From: a bacterium
Lineage (GTDB): Bacteria; UBA10199; 2-02-FULL-44-16; JAAZCA01
DNA: 64,000 nucleotides
Reading direction: 5' to 3'
Assembly: GCA_963674695.2 (NCBI GenBank)
Contig: CAXXGI010000001.1
Coordinates: 832,001 to 896,000 of the forward strand
Positions 38,224 through 48,516 of this stretch are shown piece after piece. Within the stretch, counting starts at the first letter, position 1. Each line of letters opens with the position of its first letter. The notes beneath the pieces are model-generated. The model worked only from the letters and a program-made list of their open reading frames with translations, searched no databases and was not told the DNA's origin. The position numbers and the translations under genes are program-made.

Positions 38224-38257
38224 GCATTTGCCGTCATCGTCGCAATCCCTTTCTCGG

Positions 38258-38286
38258 TTGACAATAGGGCCCAAACCCCCTATACA
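38258..38286 (+). promoter_or_regulatory. sigma70-type promoter of acs
   Basis: TTGACA-17nt-TATACA. Confidence 0.6.
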
Positions 38287-38353
38287 CCGCACCGCCGTCA
38301 GCATTTGACGGTCGGCTTTTCATGCACGTTCACCCCGTCCTAAGGAGGAATGT

Positions 38354-40332
38354 ATGGCTGACGCACCGACGATCAAATCGATGATGGAAGAAAATCGAGT
38401 ATTTGATCCCCCGGCAAAACTGAAAGAGAACGCCTGGATCAAGAACTTCGACGAGTACAAAACGATGTATGACCGCTCCATCGACGACCCCGACACCTTC
38501 TGGGCCGAGATGGCGGAGAACTTCACCTGGACCAAGAAGTGGGACAAGGTCCGCAGCTATGACTTCCGCGACAAGATCGACATCAAGTTCTATGAGGGTG
38601 CCGAAACCAATATCACGGTCAACTGCCTGGACCGGCATGTGGAAGCCGGCAAGGGCGATCGCACGGCCATCATCTGGAAGGCAACGATCCGAGCGAAGTC
38701 AAAAAATACACCTACAAGGAATTGCTCGGCGAGGTTTGCAAGTGCGCCAACGTCCTGAAGGAGAATGGCGTGGGCCGCGGCGACCGCGTCTCCATCTACA
38801 TGCCGATGGTTCCGGAGCTCGCGATCTCCATGATGGCCTGTGCCCGCATCGGTGCGGTTCACTCGATCGTCTTTGGCGGCTTCTCGGCCGACGCGCTGCG
38901 CGACCGCATCCTCGATTCCGGCTGTGAATTCCTCATCACCACCGATGGCGCCATGCGCGGCAAGAAGGCCATCCCGATGAAAAAGGCCGCCGACGATGCG
39001 ATGACGATGTGTGCAGAAGCCGGCACCCCGGTGAAGACCTGCCTCGTCTACAACCGGACGAACACGCCGGTCGACATGAAAGAGGGCCGCGACCTCTGGT
39101 GGAACGAAGTGATGGCGAATGCCTCGACCACCTGCGAACCGGCGAAGATGGGTGCCGAAGATCCGCTCTTCATCCTCTACACCTCCGGCTCCACCGGAAA
39201 GCCCAAAGGCGTGCTGCACACGACCGGCGGCTACATGGTCTATGCCGGCACGACCTTCAAGTACATCTTCGACTATCATCAGGACGACATCTTCTGGTGC
39301 ACGGCCGACATCGGCTGGGTCACCGGACACACCTACATCGTCTACGGCCCGTTGGCCAACTGTGCCACGACCATCATGTTCGAGGGCGTGCCCACCTACC
39401 CGGACGCCGGTCGCTTCTGGGATGTCTGCCAGAAGCATGACGTCAGCATCTTCTACACCGCCCCGACCGCCATCCGCGCGCTCATGCGCGAAGGCGATCA
39501 GTGGCCGGCGAAGTACGACCTCTCCAAGCTGCGTATCCTCGGTTCGGTCGGCGAACCGATCAACCCCGAGGCCTGGATGTGGTACTACAACAACGTCGGG
39601 CACGAAAATGCCCCGATCATGGACACCTGGTGGCAGACCGAGACGGGCGGCATTCTCATCACGCCGCTGCCCGGCGCTATCGCCACCAAGCCCGGCTCGG
39701 CGACCTTCCCCTTCTTCGGCGTCAAGCCGAAGGTCATCCGGGAGAACGGCAGCCAGTGCTCGGCCAACGAGGGCGGCTATCTCGTCATCGAAGAGCCCTG
39801 GCCCGGCATGATGCGCACCGTCTACAACCATCACGAGCGCTTCAAAGAGACCTACTTCTCGATGTTCCCGGGAGTCTACTTCACGGGCGACGGCGCACGC
39901 GTGGATGGGGATGGCTACTACTGGCTCATGGGTCGCGTGGATGACGTCATCAACATCTCCGGTCACCGCATCGGCACCGCCGAGGTGGAAAGCGCACTCG
40001 TCTCCCATCCGTATGTCGCCGAAGCCGCCGTGGTGGGTTTCCCTCACGACATCAAGGGACAGGGCATCTATGCTTACGTCACGCTGAAGTTGGGTCAGGA
40101 AGTGAACGACGACGTGAAGAAGGCGCTCATCGCTCATGTCCGTAAGGAGATCGGTCCGATCGCCACGCCGGACAAACTGCACTTCACCGACGGGCTGCCC
40201 AAGACCCGTTCGGGCAAGATCATGCGCCGCATCCTGCGCAAGATCGCCGAGGGCGAGTTCAACAATCTGGGCGACACCTCGACGCTTGCCGACCCGAACG
40301 TCGTCAACGCGTTGGTAGAGGGAAAGCAGTAG
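38354..40332 (+). CDS. acs: Acetyl-CoA synthetase with a 1-base frameshift near 38675 (pseudogene or sequencing error)
   Basis: [10 protein letters not shown] in the first frame; [27 protein letters not shown] in the second; adding one G gives [11 protein letters not shown]. Confidence 0.9.
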
Positions 40333-40372
40333 ACCGTAAACGTTTAACCAGTAAACGGTGAACGGAAAATCA

Positions 40373-40404
40373 AAAGGCCCCTCGGAGACGGGGGGCCTTT
40401 TTTA
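40373..40404 (+). terminator. Intrinsic terminator of acs
   Basis: AAAGGCCCCTC/GGGGGCCTTT hairpin plus T run. Confidence 0.85.
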
Positions 40405-40510
40405 TACCGGTCGGCATGGAGTGACAATTTAACTTCACATTTGATCTCAATCGGTTCTTCGACGTATAGGCTTTCGCCACACAGCGTGCACACTTTTCTC
40501 GGAGATCATC

Positions 40511-41494
40511 ATGTCCGTCACGTACCCCATCTCGATCCTCACCCCCGTACCCGTTGAGCCCCTTTCGGTGACGGAGAGCCAGACTCTACCGCTCCAGCTA
40601 ACCGGCCTGACCGAAGCGCAGATCGAGCTGGAGGAAGTGCTCGATCTTCCCAACAGTGCGGAAATGGAGGAGACCTACAAACAGTTTAAACGCTCATTCC
40701 TCACACATTCCCCTGTCGAAACCATCGGCCCCATCCCCGTGGTGCCGTACGCCGATGAGATCGTCGAGCCGCGCGCCATGGGAAGGAACACCATCCTCTC
40801 GGCGGGCCCTCTCCTTCCGTATCAGAAAAGCCCGATCCGAAGGGACGACAGCCCTGACGACGATCGCCGAAGCGGAAAAGATCCGTCCGCCGCCTGGGCA
40901 AAGACCTTGAGCGATCGAATCGATACTGAGAGCGAGCTCCTCTCCCATATCATCCGATGGTTTCACAATTGTTTCGGACAGGCGGATTCTCATATGCATC
41001 CGGGCGGCCCGCAGATCACGTCGCTGCTCTCTGCGCTTCTCATCCGGCCGCCATCGCTCGCACCCGATACGGACCTTCAAGCGACCATCAACGAATTATT
41101 CGTGTTTGTCCGCACTTCTCCCGGCTATCTGCTTGGCCTGACCACCACCCGCAACGATGATTGTTTTTTCTTGCTCCGCGTCGATAAAGAAAGCATCGGA
41201 ACATTGCCGCAGAAAGCCTTAAGACCGATCGACCGACCAATACGCTGGAGTGCAGCACTGTCGGCACTCGGCAACCGCCTCGCCTTCCTCCCGGCCGGGG
41301 CGATCGACCTCTCCTCGCCTGAGGCACGCTATGCCCTCATGCAGGACGGCGCACTGCTGGCCACCGCCGGGAACGGATTCGCAACGAATGCGCTTCGCTT
41401 TTATACTGCGTCGCGGGAGATACCCGCTCTCTATCTCGGCGTCATCGGCGATCCGATCGGAGCGCGGGCGCCGTTTGCCGGCGACATCCTCTAG
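40511..41494 (+). CDS. Hypothetical protein (327 aa)
   Basis: GGAG RBS, long ORF filling the gap, no recognised motif. Confidence 0.6.
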   Translation: MSVTYPISILTPVPVEPLSVTESQTLPLQLTGLTEAQIELEEVLDLPNSAEMEETYKQFKRSFLTHSPVETIGPIPVVPYADEIVEPRAMGRNTILSAGPLLPYQKSPIRRDDSPDDDRRSGKDPSAAWAKTLSDRIDTESELLSHIIRWFHNCFGQADSHMHPGGPQITSLLSALLIRPPSLAPDTDLQATINELFVFVRTSPGYLLGLTTTRNDDCFFLLRVDKESIGTLPQKALRPIDRPIRWSAALSALGNRLAFLPAGAIDLSSPEARYALMQDGALLATAGNGFATNALRFYTASREIPALYLGVIGDPIGARAPFAGDIL

Positions 41495-41560
41495 CCGGAA
41501 GACCGGCGTCGGCGACCGGAAGGAACCGTAGCGATCGCATCCCGAACGAACCTGACGAAA

Positions 41561-41586
41561 AACGGCCTCCCGAGGGGAGGCCGTTT
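41561..41586. terminator. Bidirectional terminator
   Basis: AAACGGCCTCC-CGAG-GGGAGGCCGTTT hairpin between convergent genes. Confidence 0.8.
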
Positions 41587-41608
41587 GATTTCATGCGTCG
41601 TCCGAGCG

Positions 41609-42283
41609 TCAGTCCTCATCACCCGACATATGCTCGTCGAGCTTCTCGCGAATATCTCGCTCGTGATCGCGGCGAAACCTTTCGAACTTCATGATCTCGG
41701 TAAGCGACGCCCCCTCGACGACGCTCGCATAGACCTTGGCGTCGACCTGTTTTATCTCTGCGGCAACGGCGAGCACCGATTCGATCTCGGAGGCGGGCAC
41801 GACGACGATGCCGTCGCCATCGCCGAAGATCCAGTCGCCCTCCATGACGGTGACGCCGCAGACCGAGACGACCGAGGTCGGCGGCTCGATGACATCAGCG
41901 CGCCCGGCGCGCGGGTTGACCCAACGGTAGTAGACGGGAAAGTTGATCTTGCGAATCCCCTCGACATGGTGGACCGAGCCATCGATGAGCGCGCCGGCCA
42001 ACCCCCGGCGTTTGGCCTCGGCCGCGAGCATCTCGCCGAAAACGGCCAACGATTGTCTGCCGCCGTCGACGACGAGCACATCCCCTTCGGCGGCTTCAGA
42101 GAGCCCCTTGATCACGGTGAGATAGTCGTTGGTGCACCGAATCGTATGCGCGCGCCCGACCATCGTGAGCGACGGATTGACCGGCACGAGCCCGGGTGCC
42201 AGGGCCTGCACGAGCGGCGACGCATCGCAGAGCGCGGGGCTATCGAGTCCGGAAAAGGCCTTTCGGATCTGTTTGTCATCCAT
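41609..42283 (-). CDS. RraA family / HMG aldolase-like protein
   Basis: LCDA, GRAHT, GDVLVVD, FGEM, GDWIFGDGDGIVVVP; AGGAGG RBS. Confidence 0.88.
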   Translation of the reverse strand: MDDKQIRKAFSGLDSPALCDASPLVQALAPGLVPVNPSLTMVGRAHTIRCTNDYLTVIKGLSEAAEGDVLVVDGGRQSLAVFGEMLAAEAKRRGLAGALIDGSVHHVEGIRKINFPVYYRWVNPRAGRADVIEPPTSVVSVCGVTVMEGDWIFGDGDGIVVVPASEIESVLAVAAEIKQVDAKVYASVVEGASLTEIMKFERFRRDHERDIREKLDEHMSGDED

Positions 42284-42393
42284 AACCACCTCCTGATGCC
42301 CTGCGTAACATTGGATTGATGGGGGAGCAACGATATTACGAAAGGACCAAAGAGCTCTTGCGCCCCTTTCGCCCCTCGCCCTTCGCCTTTCGG

Positions 42394-44817
42394 TCAGTTC
42401 CGGTGAATCTTCAGATTCGTCCCCGGGCGAACTTTGGAGGGATTGGAGAGGTCGTTCCACTTCTTGAGCTGTGCGATCGTCACGCGATGACGGCGCGCAA
42501 TATCCCAGAGCGTATCGCCGGGACGAACCCGGTAGGTGAGCTTGGTGTTCGCGGAACCATTCGTCGATGCGAGATTTTCCGACGCCGCCTTTGGTGTGGA
42601 GGAGGAAGGGGCCTTGGCCGCACCCGACTTCTTGATGATGAGAGATTGTCCCGCGCGAACTGATTTTGGATTTCGAATCTTGTTCCAGGCCATGATCTCT
42701 TTTGTCGTCACGCCGTGCCGATTGGCGATCCCTCCGAGCGTCTCGCCCGACTTGACCGTATATCGCGCAGCCCGTGTTGGCGCCGCCGTCGTTGCGGATG
42801 TCGTCTTCGTCGGAGCAGAGGAAGCGACGGCGCTCGACCCACCTCGAATGACGAGTTTGGCTCCGGCGCGCACGCGCCGTGGATCACGGATATCGTTCCA
42901 CTGCATGATCTGCTTCGTCGAAACGCCATGGATCTCGGCAACATGCCCCAGCGTCTGGCCGGGTTTGAGCACGTGCGTTCGTTTGGCCGTCGTCGTTTCC
43001 GGTCGCGCAGCCAACTTCATCGCCGTGGTCTCCGGCAACACCGCTTCCTCTCCCGCAGGCTCCTTCACCGCCGCCGAAGCGACGGGATTCGCCGAACCAC
43101 CGCGAATGACGAGTTTCTGGCCCGCGCGCACGCGCCGCGGATTTCGAATCTTGTTCCAGGCCATGAGCTGCTTGGTCGAAACCCCATGGGCCTCGGCCAC
43201 GTGCCCCAACGTCTGCCCGGATTTGAGCACGACCGTTCGCGTCGCGCTCTCAGGCGTGGCCTCCGGCATCGCCTGGGAGAGATCGATCGCCGTCGTCGTC
43301 CCCGCCCGCGCGATCTTTTCCTTCTTGCCGCCATAGACGGTGAGTTTGGCCCCCGCGCGCACGCGCCGCGGATCATTGATCTCGTTCCAGGCCATAAGCT
43401 GCTTGGTCGAAACGCCATAGGCCTCGGCCACGTGCCCTAATGTCTCGCCGCGCTTGAGGGTATGATACCCCTCGCCCCCCGCTCGTGCCACGCGCGTCTT
43501 TCCGGAACCACCGCGAACGCGTTGATAGACCTTGAGCCGCTGCCCTTTGCGCACCGTCAGGTGTCGGTTCAAATTATTCCATCGCTTGAGCTGCCCCACC
43601 GTCACGCCATACTTTCGCGCGATCGTACCGGCGGTCTCGCCCCCGCGCACCTTGTGGCGCACGAGTTTATTCGTAGACGATGAACGCGACGCCTGAACCT
43701 TCGCATAGCGCGCATAGGCCCCGCCCGAGGGGATGACCAACTTGCGCCCCCGCCGCAGGTGTTTTGAGGAGCTGATATTGTTCGCCCGTTTGAGCGCCGA
43801 AACGCTCACCCCATGCAGACGCGCGATCTTGGAGAGCGTATCCCCTTTTCGCACCTTATGATAGGCGACCTGAATGCGCTGATCCTTCGGAAGCTTGGCA
43901 TACTGTTTGTGGAATTGTTTCGTCGTCCCCTGGGGCAATCGGACGGTATAATTCTTCTCCCCGGGAGGCGTCGCCCCCTGATGCAGGTGGGCATTGAGTT
44001 CAAAGACCTCTTCCTCATTAGCTCCTGCACACTTGGCCACGACGGCGAGATCGGTCTGGGTTTCGACCGCTACCACTTCGAAAGCGATCGGCTTATTGTA
44101 TTCGATATCGTTGAATCCAAAGCGCTCCGGCATCTTCGCGATGATGGCCGCCGCGATAAACTTGGGCACATAGTCGCGCGTCTCAGCACGAAGCGCCCGG
44201 CGATGCTTCGCGATCTTCCAGAAATCCTTACTGCCGGTCATCTTGATGGCCTTGCGCACACGGCCCTCGCCGGCATTGTACCCGGCCATGGCCAGATACC
44301 AGTCGCCGAACTCATCGTGGAGATCTCGAAAATAGGCGATGGCCGCACGCGTCGCCTTGGTGGGGTTACAGCGTTCGTCCACCCAGCCATCGATGCGAAG
44401 CTTATAGCGACGACCGGTTCCGCGAATAAACTGCCAGGGACCGACCGCACTCGCATGCGACCGCGCGCGGATGTTGAACCCGCTCTCGATCAGGGCAATG
44501 TAGACCAGATCCTCCGGCATCCCCTCTTCACGCAACATCTTGCGCATGGCCGGCACGTACCGACCTGAGCGTTGCAGATAGCGGTTCATGTGTTTGCGAC
44601 CTGTCCCCTGAAAATAGTCGAGCCAAGCCTCAACGCGGTCGTTGATGACGATGGGAATATCGAATTGGGGGAGATTTTTGAGGTCATGAACATTGGAATA
44701 GCGCCCATGTCGAGGGGCCTTCCCCGAGCAAGCGCCGAAAAGAGCGAGAACACAGATCACGACACCCATTCGCTTGAGCAGCTGTCCCGTACGCGGCATT
44801 GCCATTCCTTTCGTCAT
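42394..44817 (-). CDS. mltD: MltD-like lytic transglycosylase lipoprotein with seven LysM domains
   Basis: Lipobox FGAC; IESG, GPWQF, AGYNAG, ETRDYV; seven GxTL..IA..G....L..WN repeats. Confidence 0.9.
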   Translation of the reverse strand: MTKGMAMPRTGQLLKRMGVVICVLALFGACSGKAPRHGRYSNVHDLKNLPQFDIPIVINDRVEAWLDYFQGTGRKHMNRYLQRSGRYVPAMRKMLREEGMPEDLVYIALIESGFNIRARSHASAVGPWQFIRGTGRRYKLRIDGWVDERCNPTKATRAAIAYFRDLHDEFGDWYLAMAGYNAGEGRVRKAIKMTGSKDFWKIAKHRRALRAETRDYVPKFIAAAIIAKMPERFGFNDIEYNKPIAFEVVAVETQTDLAVVAKCAGANEEEVFELNAHLHQGATPPGEKNYTVRLPQGTTKQFHKQYAKLPKDQRIQVAYHKVRKGDTLSKIARLHGVSVSALKRANNISSSKHLRRGRKLVIPSGGAYARYAKVQASRSSSTNKLVRHKVRGGETAGTIARKYGVTVGQLKRWNNLNRHLTVRKGQRLKVYQRVRGGSGKTRVARAGGEGYHTLKRGETLGHVAEAYGVSTKQLMAWNEINDPRRVRAGAKLTVYGGKKEKIARAGTTTAIDLSQAMPEATPESATRTVVLKSGQTLGHVAEAHGVSTKQLMAWNKIRNPRRVRAGQKLVIRGGSANPVASAAVKEPAGEEAVLPETTAMKLAARPETTTAKRTHVLKPGQTLGHVAEIHGVSTKQIMQWNDIRDPRRVRAGAKLVIRGGSSAVASSAPTKTTSATTAAPTRAARYTVKSGETLGGIANRHGVTTKEIMAWNKIRNPKSVRAGQSLIIKKSGAAKAPSSSTPKAASENLASTNGSANTKLTYRVRPGDTLWDIARRHRVTIAQLKKWNDLSNPSKVRPGTNLKIHRN

Positions 44818-44878
44818 TCCCCTCGGAAAGCCATACTCCTTCTACTATAGCGCAGCGATTCTCGAGGTGTCCAGGTCA

Positions 44879-44905
44879 TTATCCGACATATCCCTGGAAA
44901 GTTGC
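44879..44905 (-). promoter_or_regulatory. sigma28/FliA-like promoter (weaker match)
   Basis: GCAA-15nt(CTTT...)-TCGGATAA upstream of mltD. Confidence 0.5.
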
Positions 44906-44971
44906 GTCCTTTTTATCCCTCCCTGACGAACATGAGGCCCGCCAGGAAGGGGGGAACGGTCGAGGGCCCCA

Positions 44972-46270
44972 TCAATCAGCCTGTTTCCGCAAAAACGTCG
45001 GAATGTCGTACTCGTCGTTCTGATATTCGAGCACACCGATATCCCGAGCGATATCCTTGAGTTCGTCCTTGATGTCCTGCGTCTTGAGCGTCGTCTCGAC
45101 CCTTCGCTCCATCACCGCCGGCGAATGCCGACTCGCCCCGGTCGGAAACGGTGCTGCTGCGCTCGTCGATACCGTAGGAGCTGTAGCCACCGGTGCCGCC
45201 GGGATGGCTGGTGCCGTGCTACGGATGTGGCCCGCACTGGAAAGCGTCTTCCGGTTCGAGGGAACCTGCGCCGGCGTCCTGTTCACCGCCGCGTGCCGGA
45301 AGGCCTTTCCCAAGGGCTTGTTGAAACCGGTCGCGATGACCGTGACGCGCATCTCCTCCTCCATCGACTCGTCGATCACAGCCCCGAAGAGGATATTGGC
45401 ATCGTCGTGCGCCTCCTCCTGGATGATCTTGGAGGCTTCGCTGATCTCGTGCAGCGTCATGTCGGCCCCGCCGGTGATGTTGATCAGAATGCCCGTCGCG
45501 CCCTTGATGCTGGTGTCTTCGAGCAGTGGACTCGAGATCGCCTTCGTGGCGGCATCGAGCGAACGACCTTCGCCGATGGCGGTACCGGTCCCCATGAGCG
45601 CCATCCCCATCTCGTTCATCACGGTGCGCACATCAGCGAAGTCGAGGTTGATGAGCCCATGCACGGTGATGAGATCGGAGATCCCCTTCACCGCCTGATA
45701 AAGGACGGCATCGGCCTGCTTGAAGGCGTTGACGACCGTCACATCATGCGCCACCACCCCGAGAAGTTTTTCATTCGGAATGGTGATGAGCGTGTCGACC
45801 GCGTCGCGCAGTTCCGCCAACCCCTTCTCCGCCTGATAGGAACGCTGCTTTCCCTCGAAGGTAAAGGGCTTGGTCACCACGCCGACGGTGAGTGCCCCCA
45901 TCTCCTTGGCGAGACGCGCGATCACCGGCGCACCGCCGGTCCCGGTTCCGCCGCCCATGCCGGCGGTGATGAAGACCATGTCCGCGCCGTTCAAGTGTTC
46001 AGCGATGGCGCGCTGGTCCTCGATGGCGGCGTTGCGTCCGACTTCCGGATTGGCCCCCGCACCGAGCCCCTTGGTGAGTTCGCGACCGATCTGAATCTTG
46101 ATCGCCGACCGGTTGTTCGACAGCGCCTGCATGTCGGTATTGGTCGCGATGAATTCAACGCCGTCGAGACCGAACTCGACCATCGTATTCACTGCGTTAC
46201 CGCCACCGCCACCGACGCCGACGACCCGAATCTTTGCACTCTGATTATTGTTCTCCACGAGTTCAAACAT
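44972..46270 (-). CDS. ftsZ: Cell division protein FtsZ
   Basis: [23 protein letters not shown]-terminal [11 protein letters not shown]. Confidence 0.98.
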   Translation of the reverse strand: MFELVENNNQSAKIRVVGVGGGGGNAVNTMVEFGLDGVEFIATNTDMQALSNNRSAIKIQIGRELTKGLGAGANPEVGRNAAIEDQRAIAEHLNGADMVFITAGMGGGTGTGGAPVIARLAKEMGALTVGVVTKPFTFEGKQRSYQAEKGLAELRDAVDTLITIPNEKLLGVVAHDVTVVNAFKQADAVLYQAVKGISDLITVHGLINLDFADVRTVMNEMGMALMGTGTAIGEGRSLDAATKAISSPLLEDTSIKGATGILINITGGADMTLHEISEASKIIQEEAHDDANILFGAVIDESMEEEMRVTVIATGFNKPLGKAFRHAAVNRTPAQVPSNRKTLSSAGHIRSTAPAIPAAPVATAPTVSTSAAAPFPTGASRHSPAVMERRVETTLKTQDIKDELKDIARDIGVLEYQNDEYDIPTFLRKQAD

Positions 46271-46339
46271 GTGTAACCTCCCCTTTTCGTTATTCGCCAT
46301 TCACAGTTTCGTCGTTCGCCTTTCAGAGACGAATAACGG

Positions 46340-47566
46340 TTAGAAGATCTCCCCGAGCCATTCCTTCATCCGACCCTTGACCTTGCTGTAGACCTTGCGA
46401 TCGCGGATCTGAAAGCGCTTTTCCTGGCTGGAACGTGCGCCAACCTGCACCAAGCCCACGCCCGTGGCATACATCGGATTGCGCACCACATCGACGAGCC
46501 CCCCGATGCGTTTGGGTTCGCCCAGCCGCACCGGCATGTTGAAGATCTGTTCGGCCAGATCCTGCGCACCCTCGAGCATGGAGCTTCCTCCCGTGAGGAC
46601 GAGGCCGGCGGCCACCATATCCTCATAGCCGGACCGCACCAACTCCTGCTGCACGAGGGTGAAGATCTCCTCCATGCGCGGCTCGAGGATTTCGGAGAGA
46701 ATCTGCCGTGAGAGCACGCGCGGCGTGCGTCCACCGACGCTGGGAACCTCGATCGTCTCGTCCTGATGCACGAGCCCGGCCATGCAGCACCCATACTTCT
46801 GCTTGATCTTCTCCGCCTCGTGCGCAGGCGTGCGCAGCCCGACCGCCACGTCGTTGGTCAGATGATTGCCGCCGAGGGTGAGCACGGAGGTATGCATGAG
46901 CGACCCATTGCAGAAGAGCGCCATATCGGTCGTGCCGCCGCCGACATCGATGAGCACCACGCCCAGTTCCTTCTCATCGGAGGAGAGCACCGCCTCGGAG
47001 GAAGCGAGCTGCTGGAGGATGATGTCGTTGACGTTGAGCCCCGCGCGATTACAGCACTTGATGATATTCTGCGCCGAGGTGACCGCCCCCGTCACGATGT
47101 GCACCTTCGCTTCCAGACGCACGCCGCTCATCCCGACCGGATCGCGCACGCCGTCCTGATCGTCCACGATGAACTGTTGAGGGATGACGTGAATGACCTC
47201 ACGATCGAGCGGAATGGAGACCGCCTGCGCCGCATCGATCACGCGATCGACATCCGGCTCGGAGACCTCCTTCTCCTTGATCGCAACGATACCATGGCTG
47301 TTGAGCCCCTTGATGTGTCCGCCGGCGATGCCCGCAAACGCAGAGGTGATCTCGCAGCCGGCCATCAACTCGGCCTCCTCGACCGCTTTGCGAATCGAGT
47401 TGACCGTGCTGTCGATGTTGACCACCACCCCCTTGCGCAACCCCTTGGACGGGTGGGTGCCGATGCCGACAATGTCGATCCCGTTCTCGGTCGCCTCCCC
47501 GACGATACAACAGATTTTGGTGGTTCCGATGTCGAGCCCCACCACCAGCTCCTCGCGTCTTGCCAT
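46340..47566 (-). CDS. ftsA: Cell division protein FtsA
   Basis: GLDIGTTK, DVGGGTT, VLTGG, YATGVGL, C-terminal amphipathic WLGEIF. Confidence 0.97.
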   Translation of the reverse strand: MARREELVVGLDIGTTKICCIVGEATENGIDIVGIGTHPSKGLRKGVVVNIDSTVNSIRKAVEEAELMAGCEITSAFAGIAGGHIKGLNSHGIVAIKEKEVSEPDVDRVIDAAQAVSIPLDREVIHVIPQQFIVDDQDGVRDPVGMSGVRLEAKVHIVTGAVTSAQNIIKCCNRAGLNVNDIILQQLASSEAVLSSDEKELGVVLIDVGGGTTDMALFCNGSLMHTSVLTLGGNHLTNDVAVGLRTPAHEAEKIKQKYGCCMAGLVHQDETIEVPSVGGRTPRVLSRQILSEILEPRMEEIFTLVQQELVRSGYEDMVAAGLVLTGGSSMLEGAQDLAEQIFNMPVRLGEPKRIGGLVDVVRNPMYATGVGLVQVGARSSQEKRFQIRDRKVYSKVKGRMKEWLGEIF

Positions 47567-47641
47567 ATGCCCTCCCCCTTTCTGCCGTCGTCCAGCCCAG
47601 GGGTTGATGCACCCCTTCGGGAGTTCCATGAACCTCTGGAC

Positions 47642-48439
47642 CTACGACGTCTGATACCTGACGATGATTCGCCCATTCTCGTTTGCCATCATATATCGTA
47701 TCCGCCCCGGCCAGCGCGCGATCGCCCGATGGACGCGATCGATCGCCTGCACGCGCTCGGCAGGGCGTTCCATCCCCAACACGACCTGCATCGGTGGATC
47801 GGAAGTCACCACCGAATATCCGCGAACCGGATCGTAGTTCACCTCTGCAATCGTTTGCTCCCCTCCAAACCGAGAGGAGGCGAACGCATCCATCACCTGA
47901 AGCATCGTGGCTACCTGCCCGCGCCCCTCATCGGTGAGTTTGTCATGTTCATCGAGCGCCACTCCGGTGAGCGCGGGATAGCTGCGATCATCTTCGGACT
48001 CCAGACGTTTGAAGATATCCCCACGATCGTCGACATAGAAAAACCCCTGGCCTGCGATAATCGCTGCCGGCCGATACTCCTCGACATAGACCCAGAGGGT
48101 GTCGGGCAAGCGCCGACGCACCGCACTCGCACGAACCCAGGGGTCGCTGCGCAACCGATCGTGCACGTCGGTGACGTCGATGAAGAAGAGGTTGTCCCCC
48201 TGATGGACGCCGGTGCGCGTCGCAACGGCCTCGGCGCTCAGGTGACTCCACACCCCTTCCACCATAATCCGGTCGACCGCGAAGGCCTCGCCCAAAAAAA
48301 CCAACCGATAGAGGCCATACACACCCGCCAACCCCGCGAGCACGATCGCCGTCGACAGCAGAATGCGCTCGACCTGCTTGAGTCGCCCCTTCCACTGGCT
48401 CTTGCGCCGCACTTCCTGTCGCTCTAAAAAGACATCCAT
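47642..48439 (-). CDS. ftsQ: Cell division protein FtsQ
   Basis: Single TM, POTRA with PWV..A.V.R.LP; position between ddl and ftsA; start uncertain. Confidence 0.88.
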   Translation of the reverse strand: MDVFLERQEVRRKSQWKGRLKQVERILLSTAIVLAGLAGVYGLYRLVFLGEAFAVDRIMVEGVWSHLSAEAVATRTGVHQGDNLFFIDVTDVHDRLRSDPWVRASAVRRRLPDTLWVYVEEYRPAAIIAGQGFFYVDDRGDIFKRLESEDDRSYPALTGVALDEHDKLTDEGRGQVATMLQVMDAFASSRFGGEQTIAEVNYDPVRGYSVVTSDPPMQVVLGMERPAERVQAIDRVHRAIARWPGRIRYMMANENGRIIVRYQTS

Positions 48440-48440
48440 T

Positions 48441-48516
48441 CGTGAACGGTGAACGGTAAACGGTAAACGGTGCGCCTTGGCATTTCTGCTCACGGTTCAC
48501 CGTTTACGGTTCACGA
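48441..48516. repeat. Inverted heptamer micro-array
   Basis: (GTGAACG/GTAAACG)x4 facing (GTTCACG-like)x4 between ddl and ftsQ. Confidence 0.85.

Noticed and set aside
38354-38758. Programmed ribosomal frameshift in acs
   Set aside because: No slippery heptamer at the break point; a missing G explains it
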